Below the pieces are notes generated by a model that was not told the origin of the DNA, did not search any database, and worked only from the letters and a program-made list of their open reading frames with translations. Source: an uncultured virus (IMG/VR IMGVR_UViG_3300034013_000904) (lineage: Duplodnaviria; Heunggongvirae; Uroviricota; Caudoviricetes). Taken from it: a DNA stretch of 64,000 bases. Made by a program: the position numbers and the translations under genes. The stretch lies in the IMG/VR virus record IMGVR_UViG_3300034013_000904, one strand, 5' to 3'. The first letter of the stretch is position 1; every line of letters starts with the position of its first letter. Below are positions 10,099-20,625 of the stretch, in pieces.

Positions 10099-10326
10099 CT
10101 ACATGCCTGGCATTCCGCCGCCTTCAGCAGAGGGAGCGCCATACAACAGGCCCAAAAGATCTCTGCGCACAAGATTTTCCAATTTCTTGGCACTACGCAT
10201 TCTTTTCATTTGATTTAAATGTGCGATTGTAATCTTGGGTCGACGCGGGTCATACTGATTTTGCATAGTATAATGATCTTGGTCTGGGCTGTAATAGCCA
10301 GCACTATCTAAATCCATTGCTCTCAT
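10099..10326 (-). CDS. Small late head-associated protein
   Basis: 75-aa ORF in the head cluster; TAAATA 5 nt before ATG. Confidence 0.65.
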   Translation of the reverse strand: MRAMDLDSAGYYSPDQDHYTMQNQYDPRRPKITIAHLNQMKRMRSAKKLENLVRRDLLGLLYGAPSAEGGGMPGM

Positions 10327-10388
10327 AAATCTATTTATTGCAGAGAAACAAAGGCCCTTGTATAGTTCAAATCAAAGGGAGCAACAGA

Positions 10389-10997
10389 GTGTCAATTTAT
10401 CAATTTTTACCAAGTCCCAGCTTTGGCGCTGGTGAGGCAAACGTAGCAACCTGGAAAGATGGATTTTCAGGAGATGATATAAAAAAGATAATTCAACTAG
10501 GGCAGGCTAGACAGCCAGGAAAAGCGGTAATTGGTGGATTTGATCCCGCTCAAAATTATGAACAAATACGCAAAAGCAAAACCAGTTGGATTGAAGCCAG
10601 TCCTGACACTGATTGGATTTATCAACGCTTGGGTAATATTGTTCGTAATTTAAATGGCCAGCATTTTCGCTTTGATTTGTGGGGATTTGGTGAACACCTG
10701 CAATACACTGAATACTACGGGGATGATGAGGGTCACTACACCTGGCATATTGACAGTGGCATCACTTCCACAAACCACGGTCCTCGAAAACTCAGTGTAG
10801 TTTTACAATTGAGCGATCCCTGTGAGTATGAAGGTGGCAATCTACAAGTTAAGTTAGGCGCTGATCCACAAACCATTAGCAAGGATCTAGGCCTTGTAGC
10901 CGTTTTTCCCAGCTTTGTTCTGCATAGAGTAACACCCGTTACAAGTGGGTTACGCCGCACTTTGGTGGCTTGGTTAACTGGTCCAGCACTGCGTTAA
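10389..10997 (+). CDS. 2OG-Fe(II) oxygenase, prolyl-4-hydroxylase/PKHD type
   Basis: [34 protein letters not shown]; probable GTG start at 10389 after GGGAG. Confidence 0.9.
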   Translation: MSIYQFLPSPSFGAGEANVATWKDGFSGDDIKKIIQLGQARQPGKAVIGGFDPAQNYEQIRKSKTSWIEASPDTDWIYQRLGNIVRNLNGQHFRFDLWGFGEHLQYTEYYGDDEGHYTWHIDSGITSTNHGPRKLSVVLQLSDPCEYEGGNLQVKLGADPQTISKDLGLVAVFPSFVLHRVTPVTSGLRRTLVAWLTGPALR

Positions 10998-11929
10998 GGA
11001 CCTACAGCAACATATTCTATAAGAACTGCACCTGGTTGTCCACCTGATGCTGATGTATCGTCTCGGCCCACGCCCCCGTAACCAAACCTAAGGCCTAAGT
11101 CAGCATTCAAGTAAACCAGCGGGCCTATGCTGGTGGCAGTTCCTCTCGCACCATTGGCACCGGGTGTGAAGATGTTGGCATTGAGGCCGCCGCTTCCACC
11201 ACCTGCTGTAACAAGGGCTATTCCACTTTGATCCAAAAGTTGGCTGGGCGTGCCAGGGTTTCCAGAATTACTAATGTTAGCAGCCCCACCACCTCCAACT
11301 ATTACTTGCAAATTACTGCCTGCCGTGACCGGTATCCATGTTTCTATAGCGGCACCTGGTCCACCCTTGCCTCCAATTAGTTTTATAGTGGGACCATCAG
11401 CATAGCCGCCGTCAGCACCTGTGTAATCCTGTGTTGTATAAATTGCTCCCCAACCACCTGCTCCTCCTCCGCCCACAGTTGTGATTTTTACATTAGTAGT
11501 TGTAGCAGGCACAGCCCATGTACTGGGAGACAAAAAGCCAGCTACTGCTAATTTTTGGCCTGTCCCTTGGGGTCCTGGAAAACCAAGAGTTCCTGTTGCC
11601 CCTGGGTCTCCGGTCGGGCCAGCGCCACCTACTGGCCCGGTTGCCCCTAGTGTGCCTGGTGGTCCTGCTAATGGGCCAGGCTGCCCAGCAGACCCAGTGG
11701 CACCTTTTACACCTGGAGGGGCAGGAAATCCACCAAATCCTGGCGCTCCTCCCAATCCTGTAGGCCCTGTAGGCCCCCTTACGCCTGGAAAACTTGTGGC
11801 TGGACCCAACAGCAAAGCGGCGCCTGTTGGCGCCACTATAAGGGGCAACCCAGCAGGCACACCAATCAGTATTGTATTCAGGACGTCTGCAGACCCGCCT
11901 ATTATACGCTTATCAAGAAGTTTTGGCAT
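10994..11929 (-). CDS. Collagen-like fibre protein with glycine-rich C-terminal domain (paralog A)
   Basis: Gly-X-Y repeats, then [14 protein letters not shown] and G.PGAVLIEY. Confidence 0.85.
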   Translation of the reverse strand: MPKLLDKRIIGGSADVLNTILIGVPAGLPLIVAPTGAALLLGPATSFPGVRGPTGPTGLGGAPGFGGFPAPPGVKGATGSAGQPGPLAGPPGTLGATGPVGGAGPTGDPGATGTLGFPGPQGTGQKLAVAGFLSPSTWAVPATTTNVKITTVGGGGAGGWGAIYTTQDYTGADGGYADGPTIKLIGGKGGPGAAIETWIPVTAGSNLQVIVGGGGAANISNSGNPGTPSQLLDQSGIALVTAGGGSGGLNANIFTPGANGARGTATSIGPLVYLNADLGLRFGYGGVGRDDTSASGGQPGAVLIEYVAVGP

Positions 11930-11932
11930 CTT

Positions 11933-12862
11933 TTAAATCCATTCTATAAGTGCTGCACCAGGGCCGCCCTGTTGTTCTGCTCCTGCCCCAAATCCATAGA
12001 CTGTTGCCACACCCAATCCCACACTTAAGGGGGAATTCACTCCAGGAGTACCCAGAATTCCTGCGGGGGTGCCTGCTGATGGGCCGCCGCCTGCTACGAC
12101 TGTGGGACTGCCTGGACCACTCCATGTTGTAGGGGTGCCAGGACTTGGTGGAACGTATATATATTGTGGGTAATATGTTGGAATATTATTTTCATTGGGG
12201 TACACCCCACCTCCAGATATTATAGCTCCACTACCCCCAACTCCTATTGTGACATTGTAATTTTGTCCGCCCTGCACAGTTACCCATTGTTCATTTACGC
12301 CACCACTGCTTCCAGGAATACCTTGTATTGTCCAACCAGATTGAGCACTATTGTCAAATTCAATTGGACTACCCCCACTCACGGGCAAACTACCGCCTCC
12401 CCCTGCTCCAATAAGTGTCAGCTTAACAGAAAACACACCTGGGGGTGCTGTCCATACACCAGGAGACACAAGTTGTGCTGCATTTATATCTTGATTGCCA
12501 CTAGGCGGCCCAATAGGTCCAGTAATTCCAGGCGGTCCTGGAGGACCCACTGGTCCCCCGCCTGGTCCCGTTGGTCCAGTTAAACCTGCAGGACCAGGAG
12601 GTCCTCCTGCAGGACCAGGAGGACCTGGGGGACCTGTATCACCTACTAATGCACTGCTGGCTCCAGGTGGCCCAACAGGCCCTGCTAGTCCAGCGGGGCC
12701 AGGAGGACCTGGAGGACCCAGTGGGCCACCTGGGGTTGTGACCACAAGTGTATCTCCTGTGGGGGATACTCGTAACACATACCCGGCAGGTGCCCCATAT
12801 AATGTTGTAGTCAAAACGTCTCGTGATGGGCCAACAATACGGTTATCAAGTAAGCGAGGCAT
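11933..12862 (-). CDS. Collagen-like fibre protein with glycine-rich C-terminal domain (paralog B)
   Basis: GPP-rich Gly-X-Y repeats, [22 protein letters not shown]. Confidence 0.85.
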   Translation of the reverse strand: MPRLLDNRIVGPSRDVLTTTLYGAPAGYVLRVSPTGDTLVVTTPGGPLGPPGPPGPAGLAGPVGPPGASSALVGDTGPPGPPGPAGGPPGPAGLTGPTGPGGGPVGPPGPPGITGPIGPPSGNQDINAAQLVSPGVWTAPPGVFSVKLTLIGAGGGGSLPVSGGSPIEFDNSAQSGWTIQGIPGSSGGVNEQWVTVQGGQNYNVTIGVGGSGAIISGGGVYPNENNIPTYYPQYIYVPPSPGTPTTWSGPGSPTVVAGGGPSAGTPAGILGTPGVNSPLSVGLGVATVYGFGAGAEQQGGPGAALIEWI

Positions 12863-13242
12863 TAGTTAATCCATTCAATCAAAATAAGGCCAGCTGAGCC
12901 ATTTGACCCTGCAGGATTTGGCTTAGTGGGATCGCCTCCTGCACCTGCCAAACCATGGAGATATGATCCAGGTACCAAGGGCCAAATTATGTTTGGTGTC
13001 GTGCCTGCATTGCCTCCACTCACTGCTACGCCGCCTCCAGCAGAATAAAATACTCCACCTGGTCCGCTCATAGTAGTGTTGCCTCCATTTGTTGGAGGAA
13101 CTGTGGCAGATGTTTGCCCTTGACCTCCAGCACCAACTTGAAGATTATAGGTGGCATTTGGGATTATATCTACCCACAGCCGTAAAATTGCTCCAGAGCC
13201 TCCAGCCAGGCCAGTAAACCATCCGCCAATGCTTCCACTCAT
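12862..13242 (-). CDS. C-terminal half of collagen-like paralog C
   Basis: GGSGA..W..I....Y..QVGAGG and [10 protein letters not shown] match the C-terminal halves of paralogs A and B; GAGGA SD. Confidence 0.75.
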   Translation of the reverse strand: MSGSIGGWFTGLAGGSGAILRLWVDIIPNATYNLQVGAGGQGQTSATVPPTNGGNTTMSGPGGVFYSAGGGVAVSGGNAGTTPNIIWPLVPGSYLHGLAGAGGDPTKPNPAGSNGSAGLILIEWIN

Positions 13243-13368
13243 AACAGTAATCCTCTATAGCTATCCATTGTTACACCCCAACTGTTTAGTCCCAGCGTTG
13301 CATAGCCTTAAATCCCTATAATAGACAATGGCTGTCTTATGCTACGACTCTGTTACTACTTATGGTAA

Positions 13369-13923
13369 TCAAAATAGTCCTCCGCCGCCAGCCCCAGGGC
13401 CACCTTCTGTAGGTGGAACTGAACCTGGAGGCACATAAATGCCCAACGTTCCCCCAGCCCCTCCACCGATCAGTGTTATTCTAGCACGCCTAACACCAGG
13501 TGGCGCTGTCCATGTTTGTGGACCAGCAGTGCTGAAAACTGCTGCATAATGTTGTTGATCAGTTATTTGTGGTCCTGTTGGCCCAGTATCACCATTGGGT
13601 CCTTGATCGCCTGGCGGGCCTTTGTTTGGACCTGGAGGTCCTTGAACTCCTGGGCTTCCAGGAATTCCCCCTCCCATACCAGGAGGACCAGGAGGCCCAG
13701 GTGGACCAACAACAAATGTGTCATCTCCTGGTGGTCCTTGAGGGCCAGGGCTCCCTGCTGTGCCAATAATACCTGGAGGTCCAGGTGGTCCAATTTGTTG
13801 CCCAAAAAAGAATTGCTCTCCGTTGGCAGAGACTTTCAATACCAAGCCAGCTGGAACACCTTCCAGTTGCACATCAATAAGATCAGCTGATCCAACAACG
13901 CGGTTATCAAGTAGCTTTGGCAT
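13369..13923 (-). CDS. N-terminal half of collagen-like paralog C
   Basis: [11 protein letters not shown] start shared with paralogs, GPP repeats, [15 protein letters not shown], then an early TGA. Confidence 0.85.
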   Translation of the reverse strand: MPKLLDNRVVGSADLIDVQLEGVPAGLVLKVSANGEQFFFGQQIGPPGPPGIIGTAGSPGPQGPPGDDTFVVGPPGPPGPPGMGGGIPGSPGVQGPPGPNKGPPGDQGPNGDTGPTGPQITDQQHYAAVFSTAGPQTWTAPPGVRRARITLIGGGAGGTLGIYVPPGSVPPTEGGPGAGGGGLF

Positions 13924-13932
13924 GCTTAGTCC

Positions 13933-14403
13933 TTAATTGGCAGTCGCATTGGCAATTTCCAATAGGCTTACAACAACATCAACACAGTTATCAGTACTGG
14001 TATTGGTTGTTTCTGCTGGAGGATTACTTACTTGTACAACCAAGGTATCTCCGCTGCTCATGATCAAATTGCCATTCAAGGGGTCAAAAGCGTTGTTGGG
14101 AATAATTGTGTAATTGTTAACAAGGTAACGTCTACCAGTGGGCAGATAGGCTGGATCAGGAGGATTATCAATCCATACACTGAGATTGATGGTTTTCCGT
14201 AGAGTAGGACTGCTGGGACTGCCTGTAATGTTGCTGCATTGAACAGTCAACAACACAATACTGACTTCAGTTGGATCTACACCTGGAGGCAATGTTGTGT
14301 TGGGAATAGTTTGATCGTAACTTGAAACTTTGTAAATGGTTGTGGGTTGATCATTTGTAACTCTAACTTTGACATTACGAAAGTTAAAAATAGGTGCAGG
14401 CAT
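13933..14403 (-). CDS. Putative virion structural protein
   Basis: Beta-rich 156-aa ORF in the late operon between fibre genes. Confidence 0.6.
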   Translation of the reverse strand: MPAPIFNFRNVKVRVTNDQPTTIYKVSSYDQTIPNTTLPPGVDPTEVSIVLLTVQCSNITGSPSSPTLRKTINLSVWIDNPPDPAYLPTGRRYLVNNYTIIPNNAFDPLNGNLIMSSGDTLVVQVSNPPAETTNTSTDNCVDVVVSLLEIANATAN

Positions 14404-14406
14404 ATG

Positions 14407-16383
14407 TTAAGATCCTTTGCGTGAAAGAGCAAGTATAAAGGGAGTCATAAATCCAAAGATGCTTTGATAAAAGCTGCGTCCATCAATAGCACCTCGTCTC
14501 TGATTTATGCGGAAACTGGGTCTGGCAGGAGGTTTCTCCCACACGAAGTTAAAAGTAGCTGACGATCCACCACCACTTGTTGACGTTGCACTAATGGGAT
14601 TTGTGGGCAAACTGCCAATTGTTGTGCTACCTGGCGCCGAAAGTAGATAGTATCCAGGAATAAGAATCGCAACACTTGTAATAACACCACTGGACACACT
14701 CAAAACCTTAAGTGTTGTGGGCACAGCATAGGTGCTGTTAACGTTGGCTGGGGTAATGAAATTCAATGTATCCCCTACGTTATAGCTGCCTCCGCCATTG
14801 GCAATAGTCAATCCGCCAACTTGAAACGCTGGATTGGGTGTCACAGCCCCCACATAAAAGTCTCCGCTTTCGTCAGTTGTGGTATGGAATACACGTCCAC
14901 CAGCTAGTGCAATAGTATATTTGTTGGGATCAGCGTAGCCACTGCCATCTTGACTGGGGCTGAGTTTGGCATAATCCAAGCCAGCACCAGCATAGCTCAT
15001 GGTATAGCCGCTGGCTTCAATCAAGGAGCCAAACTTGATCCTGGCTCGCAATTGCCGGCCAGCTATGGGCAAAGACTTCAAGCTAATAACTGAACAAGGC
15101 AAACCACCCGCTGTTACACCTTTTGATATTGTATAGTCAACAGTGGGCAGCAACGGTGTTGCAGTGTCTAAAAATTGCACTTCCAAGTCACTGAATTGAT
15201 TTGGCAAAACATAAGTGCCACCCGTTGTGACAAAATCAGAACTGACACCATTGGTGGCCCAAGTTTGATTTACAGCCACAGGGCTGTCAGTGGTTTCAAG
15301 ATACCGGTGTCCTTGACTCCAAAGAGCATAATTGCCAAAACTGCAATTGCTGTTCAATGCAGTCACGTGACCACCATCAAGGCACAGCAAGCCAAACTGG
15401 CAGAAGTTAACGAAAAAACTCACCAACTGCATGTAGCCTTTGCCAATGACTTTGACGCCGATACCACCAAGATTGATTTGAGTAAATGCGTCAATAACAA
15501 TGCTGTGAATCCTATTATTGGGTCCCAAAACACTGGGATCAATCAACACACCGCCACCACCTGGGTAAATCCCTGATCCAGTGTCTGGATCGCCACTAAT
15601 GCTGGAACAGTTTTGTACATAGGGACTGACCAAGATGTCTGCACCTGGAGCAAAGCCAAAGGCAAATCCTGTTTGTCGAGTTGTAGAGATCAGTGCAGAT
15701 GTATTCACTCCACTTGTGTTGGCATAACCTGCTGGAGTTATATCCAATGCTGATGGATTCAATCTATGATCTCTTACAGTAATGCCATACACATAACACT
15801 TGCTGTTCAAATAAAATACATCAGTAGTTGCGACTCTTGGTCGTATGGAAACAGCTCTAAGATTATCGCCAATAATGCTGACACCTGGCGGAATTTCAAT
15901 AGGACAGTCTTCAGTATAGTCACCAGCTGCTACTAATATAGCTGTGTGATCAGGTCGGAATGCACCTGTGGCAATTTGTCTAGCTGCTTCAGCACATGCA
16001 GCTTTCACAGTTCGCTTGGCGCTATACCAACTTTGTCCACTGTTGGTATCATTACCACTTTCTGCAACGTAAATGCGATTTTTAACAATTGCATCAGCAA
16101 TCTGTTGCAGGCTTTCTGCATTTAGCAGTTTCCAAACACTGCCTTCCCAAACATACATTTGTTTGTCTGTGGTTTTGTACCAAAGCTGTCCTTGTGTGGG
16201 ACTTTGTGGAGGACTTTGGTCGGCAAAATTTTCCATGAGATGAACAAGATTTTCATTCAAATAAGTACCGTAATTGGCAAAATTCTTACCAAATAGGATC
16301 AAACTGGAAACTGTGCTGTTATACTGTCCTGGCGGAATACTTGCCAGCGTAGTGCCATTGGTCTTTGTGATATTTGTATTCAT
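14407..16383 (-). CDS. Fibre/appendage structural protein with probable beta-helix domain
   Basis: N-terminal LFGKNFANYG..NENLVHLMENFA..P..GQLWY; YVAESGND..G.S...AKRT..AA and IIGDNLR (pectin-lyase-like start). Confidence 0.7.
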   Translation of the reverse strand: MNTNITKTNGTTLASIPPGQYNSTVSSLILFGKNFANYGTYLNENLVHLMENFADQSPPQSPTQGQLWYKTTDKQMYVWEGSVWKLLNAESLQQIADAIVKNRIYVAESGNDTNSGQSWYSAKRTVKAACAEAARQIATGAFRPDHTAILVAAGDYTEDCPIEIPPGVSIIGDNLRAVSIRPRVATTDVFYLNSKCYVYGITVRDHRLNPSALDITPAGYANTSGVNTSALISTTRQTGFAFGFAPGADILVSPYVQNCSSISGDPDTGSGIYPGGGGVLIDPSVLGPNNRIHSIVIDAFTQINLGGIGVKVIGKGYMQLVSFFVNFCQFGLLCLDGGHVTALNSNCSFGNYALWSQGHRYLETTDSPVAVNQTWATNGVSSDFVTTGGTYVLPNQFSDLEVQFLDTATPLLPTVDYTISKGVTAGGLPCSVISLKSLPIAGRQLRARIKFGSLIEASGYTMSYAGAGLDYAKLSPSQDGSGYADPNKYTIALAGGRVFHTTTDESGDFYVGAVTPNPAFQVGGLTIANGGGSYNVGDTLNFITPANVNSTYAVPTTLKVLSVSSGVITSVAILIPGYYLLSAPGSTTIGSLPTNPISATSTSGGGSSATFNFVWEKPPARPSFRINQRRGAIDGRSFYQSIFGFMTPFILALSRKGS

Positions 16384-16391
16384 CTTGATAT

Positions 16392-18149
16392 TTACTGTGT
16401 TTCAGTTGGAGGTGTTTCAGCACCTGGAGCAACTTCAGGTGTTTCAAATCCCGGTGTCTCAAGCGGGGCTTCAGGAGGCATCTCAGGTCCACCCATACCA
16501 AAATCAGGCTCTGGTGAAGGGCGTATCCCTATTGATCCCAGTCCCACACCCCTGTCTTCAATGGGGCTGGTGCCAGTCTTGCCTTTGACTTTGTCGTTGT
16601 TTTCTTCTTTCCACATCCGCTCATTTTCCAGAATATCTTCTTCTGTCCATCCTAGATAACGCTTGAGCGCATATCTCTTGCTCATGTAAGCTCTTGCATC
16701 ACTGTTCATAGCTGAACTGAAGAGGTTAACACGCTCAGTGTCAATGCTCATGTTGCGATATTGACTGAAACTTTGTGGAACGTTAAATGCCAACTCAAAC
16801 AAACTGCTGTGTACCTCAATGCCACGGAACTTCAAAAACAATTTAAATTCCATATCCAATGTTGGCGCAAGACTGTTCTGCAATCTTTGGCAATATTTGT
16901 TGAATCTATACTCTTGGATAAATGCTGTTCCCACTTTGCCATCGTTGTAAACTGCTGTGCCATCATCTGGTCCAGTGGGCAAATAGCTGCTGGGAATACC
17001 CAGCCCGCGCATCAACTTGTTGTTGAAGTATTTCAAGTCGTCAATAGTGCCCAAGTTTTCGCCAGCGTTCAAAGTGTCAATAGTTGTGCCGCGTTGTTCA
17101 CTGTTGGTTGCAAGGAAGAAATCTTCTGTAATGCTTATGGGATTATAGGCGCTGTCAATAATACTTGAGCCACCACCTGTGCGGTTTGGGAGTCGCCTTT
17201 GGTAAATTTCGTTTTTGACTCTTTCAACATACTGCATGGCACGTTGACCTTGCAGCTGACCCACGTCAATCTTAAACACTCTGCGCTCAGGTGCACGCAC
17301 AATACGGTAAATGAGAATGCAGTCTTCCAAAAGGTCTTTTTGTTTGTAAGTTTTGTAAACTGCTTCAATGATGCTGGTGCCAAAAGGCCAATATTGATCC
17401 AAGCCTTCACTTAAACTGAGATGCACCACGTGGTTGGCATCAATTGCCATGCTGTTGGCTGGATTGTAAAATCTGCTGGTACGGCCGCCAGGTGTTGTGG
17501 GCTGTCCATAGTTGATGTTGCCTGCACCAGCTGCTGGGTTCGCACTACGAGGGTAACCTCCTGGGAAACTGTATTGATCATGCACAAGAGGGTTGGTTGC
17601 CACTAGACTTTGTAAATTGAAATCCAAATCTCTAATCACATATTGTTCAATTTTTTTGCCTTGTGCCTCATTGACAATGATTTTTTCCACTTTGGCTGAA
17701 TCTACCCACAACAGCTCATAGGTTTCTGGATCTCGGACGAAAAATTGATCACCGTATTTGACAGTATTACGGAATATTTTGAAGATTCGTTGATTCAGTT
17801 TATTGATGCTGCACCATTGTTGAAGTGCACTGGCCAAAAGTTCTGTTTCAGTTTCAGTAACATCACCTTTCCAAATAAATCGGAAAGGAATAGGCTCATC
17901 ATCACTTTGGTTTTGTGTGCAGAACTCAGCAATAGTGTCCAAGCTGCGATTGATTTCACTATCTAAATCAGCTTGTTCATAAGCCACATAGCGTTCAACT
18001 CGGTTTGGAGCACCAGCATAGACTTCAGGCAAATAACTGCTGAATTTTGTAGTGGTTGCACCTTGACTGTTGTCTTTGTTGATTTCTGCTAGTCTTGCAG
18101 TGAGTCTAGCTTGACTCGGTACTGTTGTGAAATATTTTTTCCAAGCCAT
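16392..18149 (-). CDS. gp20: Portal protein, gp20-like
   Basis: LLEDCILIYRIVRAPERRVFKIDVG, EDFFL, DDLKYFNNKLMRGL.IP.S. Confidence 0.95.
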   Translation of the reverse strand: MAWKKYFTTVPSQARLTARLAEINKDNSQGATTTKFSSYLPEVYAGAPNRVERYVAYEQADLDSEINRSLDTIAEFCTQNQSDDEPIPFRFIWKGDVTETETELLASALQQWCSINKLNQRIFKIFRNTVKYGDQFFVRDPETYELLWVDSAKVEKIIVNEAQGKKIEQYVIRDLDFNLQSLVATNPLVHDQYSFPGGYPRSANPAAGAGNINYGQPTTPGGRTSRFYNPANSMAIDANHVVHLSLSEGLDQYWPFGTSIIEAVYKTYKQKDLLEDCILIYRIVRAPERRVFKIDVGQLQGQRAMQYVERVKNEIYQRRLPNRTGGGSSIIDSAYNPISITEDFFLATNSEQRGTTIDTLNAGENLGTIDDLKYFNNKLMRGLGIPSSYLPTGPDDGTAVYNDGKVGTAFIQEYRFNKYCQRLQNSLAPTLDMEFKLFLKFRGIEVHSSLFELAFNVPQSFSQYRNMSIDTERVNLFSSAMNSDARAYMSKRYALKRYLGWTEEDILENERMWKEENNDKVKGKTGTSPIEDRGVGLGSIGIRPSPEPDFGMGGPEMPPEAPLETPGFETPEVAPGAETPPTETQ

Positions 18150-18214
18150 CAGGGTTCTGTTTCTCTCGGTTTTTGATATTTATGTGAGAAAAATACCCAG
18201 AAAAAAGATTACCT

Positions 18215-20539
18215 CTAGGCAAAGTCACCAATTATTCCAGCTGTGATACGTGCTTGTCTTGCTTGATCTTGGATGTAGGGTGTTTGTGCTGCCACTGTGC
18301 TGTTCAAGGTAGTGACCATACCTAATAGTGCATCGTTTTGCGGTGCTATTGGTGGAGCAAGACTAGTCATAGTGGCTTGTGCTGCTACTCTACTTACAAG
18401 TGCAGCCATAGCAGAAACATATGACGTGCTGCTTGCTTGCATTTCAACAAGTGCAGTTGAATCTTGTAATAAACCACCAGCATTGCCAGTTTGATCACCT
18501 GGCCTTGCTTCTGATGCACTTGCTGAACTTATAAGCATAGGTAGTGCAGCACCCAGACCACCTACAAGTGCCCCCACCGGCCCACCCATCAAGAAGCCGC
18601 CTGCTGCCCCACCTAATACGCCTAAGGCACCACTACCAAATGAGCCAAGGCCCAGCATGCTACCAAGTCCTGCGCCCGCCATCCCTCCTGCGAGTCCTCC
18701 TAAACCTCCTCCTAAAATGCCTCTACTTAACCCCGAACCTAGTAAGCGATTTCCTGTCATTCCTAACAACCCTCCTCTAGCAGCAAGATTACCAGCCCCG
18801 CCCATCATACCAGACATCATTCCTGTTGAGCCCAGCATTGAAGTCAAACCCAAGCCTCCTCCTCCCAGTAACCGTGGTATTGCAGCTTTTAAAGCTGTAC
18901 TTGCCAGCAATTTAGGCATCAATGCCACAGCAGCTCCTGTCATTAAGGCCGAAGCTGCTCCGGACATACCACTGGCAGCCATTCCATAAAATGAGTTTGC
19001 TGCTCCTGCGCCTGCGCCAGTTGCTGCTGCCAAGGGTTCAAGAACTTTCGTAAACAAGCCCAACTGTTGTGTAGCTGCCCAGAGCGCTGCCTTGAAGTCA
19101 CCAGTGATACGAGCAGTATCCATAGTCACTTTTTGCATGGCAGTAGTAGCTTGATCTAAGTTTCCACCTCTTCCGGTGAAGATATCAAGTATCCTCTGCA
19201 TACCTCCTGGCTGCGCTTCAGCCGCCTTTGCCCGTGCTGCGTCTCCATATAATTCATCAGCTATGTCACCTGCTCCTGCGTACTTACTTCCCAGATACGC
19301 CTGTGTTACAAAATCATTTAAGCCCTGTCCTTGGCTAAAATTACGTTTTAAATTCCCAGCTCCTTCCATCATGTCTAAGGTAGATCCTGATGTTAGCTGC
19401 CTAGACAATTGCTCCATTCCAGACATTGTCCCGCCTATGCTCATAAAGGCGCGCATTTGCTCGTCAGGAGGCATAAGCCCATATTGCATGCCTGCTATGG
19501 CTCTTGTCAATTTAGGCCCTATGTCCATTGCCAATTGGCCAGTGTTTTTCTTAAATGTTGCTGCCGCTTCAGGATTGGTCTGTTCCAATTGCCTAACCCG
19601 AAGTCTAATAAATCTATCTTGATCTAGCTCTTTTTGTCTAGCCTCTAATGTTTTTCTATCTTTGCCAGTTAAAATAGTAAGTGCTGTAAGCTCACGCAAA
19701 TATTGTGCAGTGCCTTGTTCGTTCATTGCGCTTGCTTGCTGGAATGAAAGCCCACCTTCGACTAAGCTGTTCACAAAGAAACTAACGGACTCAGCCTGTT
19801 GTTGAGACGTCTGGCCGTACATACCAAACTCCCTAGTAGCTGTTTGTGTTGCCCGAATCAATTTGGCAAAATTTTCTTCACCCACTCCACCAATTGTAGT
19901 ACCAAATTGCCCAACAAGTCCTTGAAACTCTTCCAGCTTCAAACCTGTACGACCAACCATTTCCTGCATCTTTTCAAGACTGCCGCCAAAAGTAACACCG
20001 GTGTTTGCCATGGCCTGAAAAGCTGGCATTCCGCTAGCAAAAATTCCCACACCAGCAGCAACAACAGCCACCACTTTGTTCAAGCCAGCAAATGCTGTGC
20101 TTAACCCAGTTGCACTACCATCTGCCTTACGGAAATTATAGCTTAAGCTGTTGATACCACTTGTGACACCTTCATACAGTCTACTGCTGTCAAATCGACT
20201 CATTTTGTCTAAGCTTGAGCGTAAATCATCAACACTGCGTTTGTAATTGCCTTTGATTTCCTGTTCATAGCCTTGCATGCGTTGTTCATGACGCAGTTGA
20301 TTGACCTGAGCCCTTTTAGCTTTCTCCGCACTATTTTGAAGTTCTGTCAAGCCATCTTTGGCATCATCAATAGCATCTTCAAATGAGCGAATAGTTGCAG
20401 CATCTAAGTTGAACTTTTCTTTAGCAATAGCAGCCAAAATACTGTTGTTTGACGCCATCTTGTCACGCAACTCTCCGAGAGTGCGCTCCTGGGCCCAATT
20501 CTTGCTGATATCTTTCAATTCACTAGCTGTAAAACTCAT
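18215..20539 (-). CDS. Tape-measure-like protein
   Basis: 774-aa helical Ala/Gly-rich protein with a glycine-zipper hydrophobic stretch; divergent from the gp26-like chaperone; late promoter. Confidence 0.6.
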   Translation of the reverse strand: MSFTASELKDISKNWAQERTLGELRDKMASNNSILAAIAKEKFNLDAATIRSFEDAIDDAKDGLTELQNSAEKAKRAQVNQLRHEQRMQGYEQEIKGNYKRSVDDLRSSLDKMSRFDSSRLYEGVTSGINSLSYNFRKADGSATGLSTAFAGLNKVVAVVAAGVGIFASGMPAFQAMANTGVTFGGSLEKMQEMVGRTGLKLEEFQGLVGQFGTTIGGVGEENFAKLIRATQTATREFGMYGQTSQQQAESVSFFVNSLVEGGLSFQQASAMNEQGTAQYLRELTALTILTGKDRKTLEARQKELDQDRFIRLRVRQLEQTNPEAAATFKKNTGQLAMDIGPKLTRAIAGMQYGLMPPDEQMRAFMSIGGTMSGMEQLSRQLTSGSTLDMMEGAGNLKRNFSQGQGLNDFVTQAYLGSKYAGAGDIADELYGDAARAKAAEAQPGGMQRILDIFTGRGGNLDQATTAMQKVTMDTARITGDFKAALWAATQQLGLFTKVLEPLAAATGAGAGAANSFYGMAASGMSGAASALMTGAAVALMPKLLASTALKAAIPRLLGGGGLGLTSMLGSTGMMSGMMGGAGNLAARGGLLGMTGNRLLGSGLSRGILGGGLGGLAGGMAGAGLGSMLGLGSFGSGALGVLGGAAGGFLMGGPVGALVGGLGAALPMLISSASASEARPGDQTGNAGGLLQDSTALVEMQASSTSYVSAMAALVSRVAAQATMTSLAPPIAPQNDALLGMVTTLNSTVAAQTPYIQDQARQARITAGIIGDFA

Positions 20540-20569
20540 ACAAATTTTCTCACAACAGGAGACTACCCA

Positions 20570-20588
20570 TATTTAAGCCCCTTAAATA
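20570..20588. promoter_or_regulatory. Back-to-back late promoters
   Basis: TAAATA on the minus strand at 20570-20575 and on the plus strand at 20583-20588, between divergent genes. Confidence 0.75.
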
Positions 20589-20625
20589 CTAGGGAATAAC
20601 ATACTTAGATAATAGGGCGCCAGTA

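Noticed and set aside
11481..12869. Pro/Gly-rich plus-strand ORFs (11481-11936, 12495-12869)
   Set aside because: Antisense shadows of the collagen Gly-Pro codon repeats
13243..13368. Simple stop readthrough, or hammerhead/twister ribozyme, in the collagen spacer
   Set aside because: Several in-frame stops of different types rule out single readthrough; no ribozyme core motifs found
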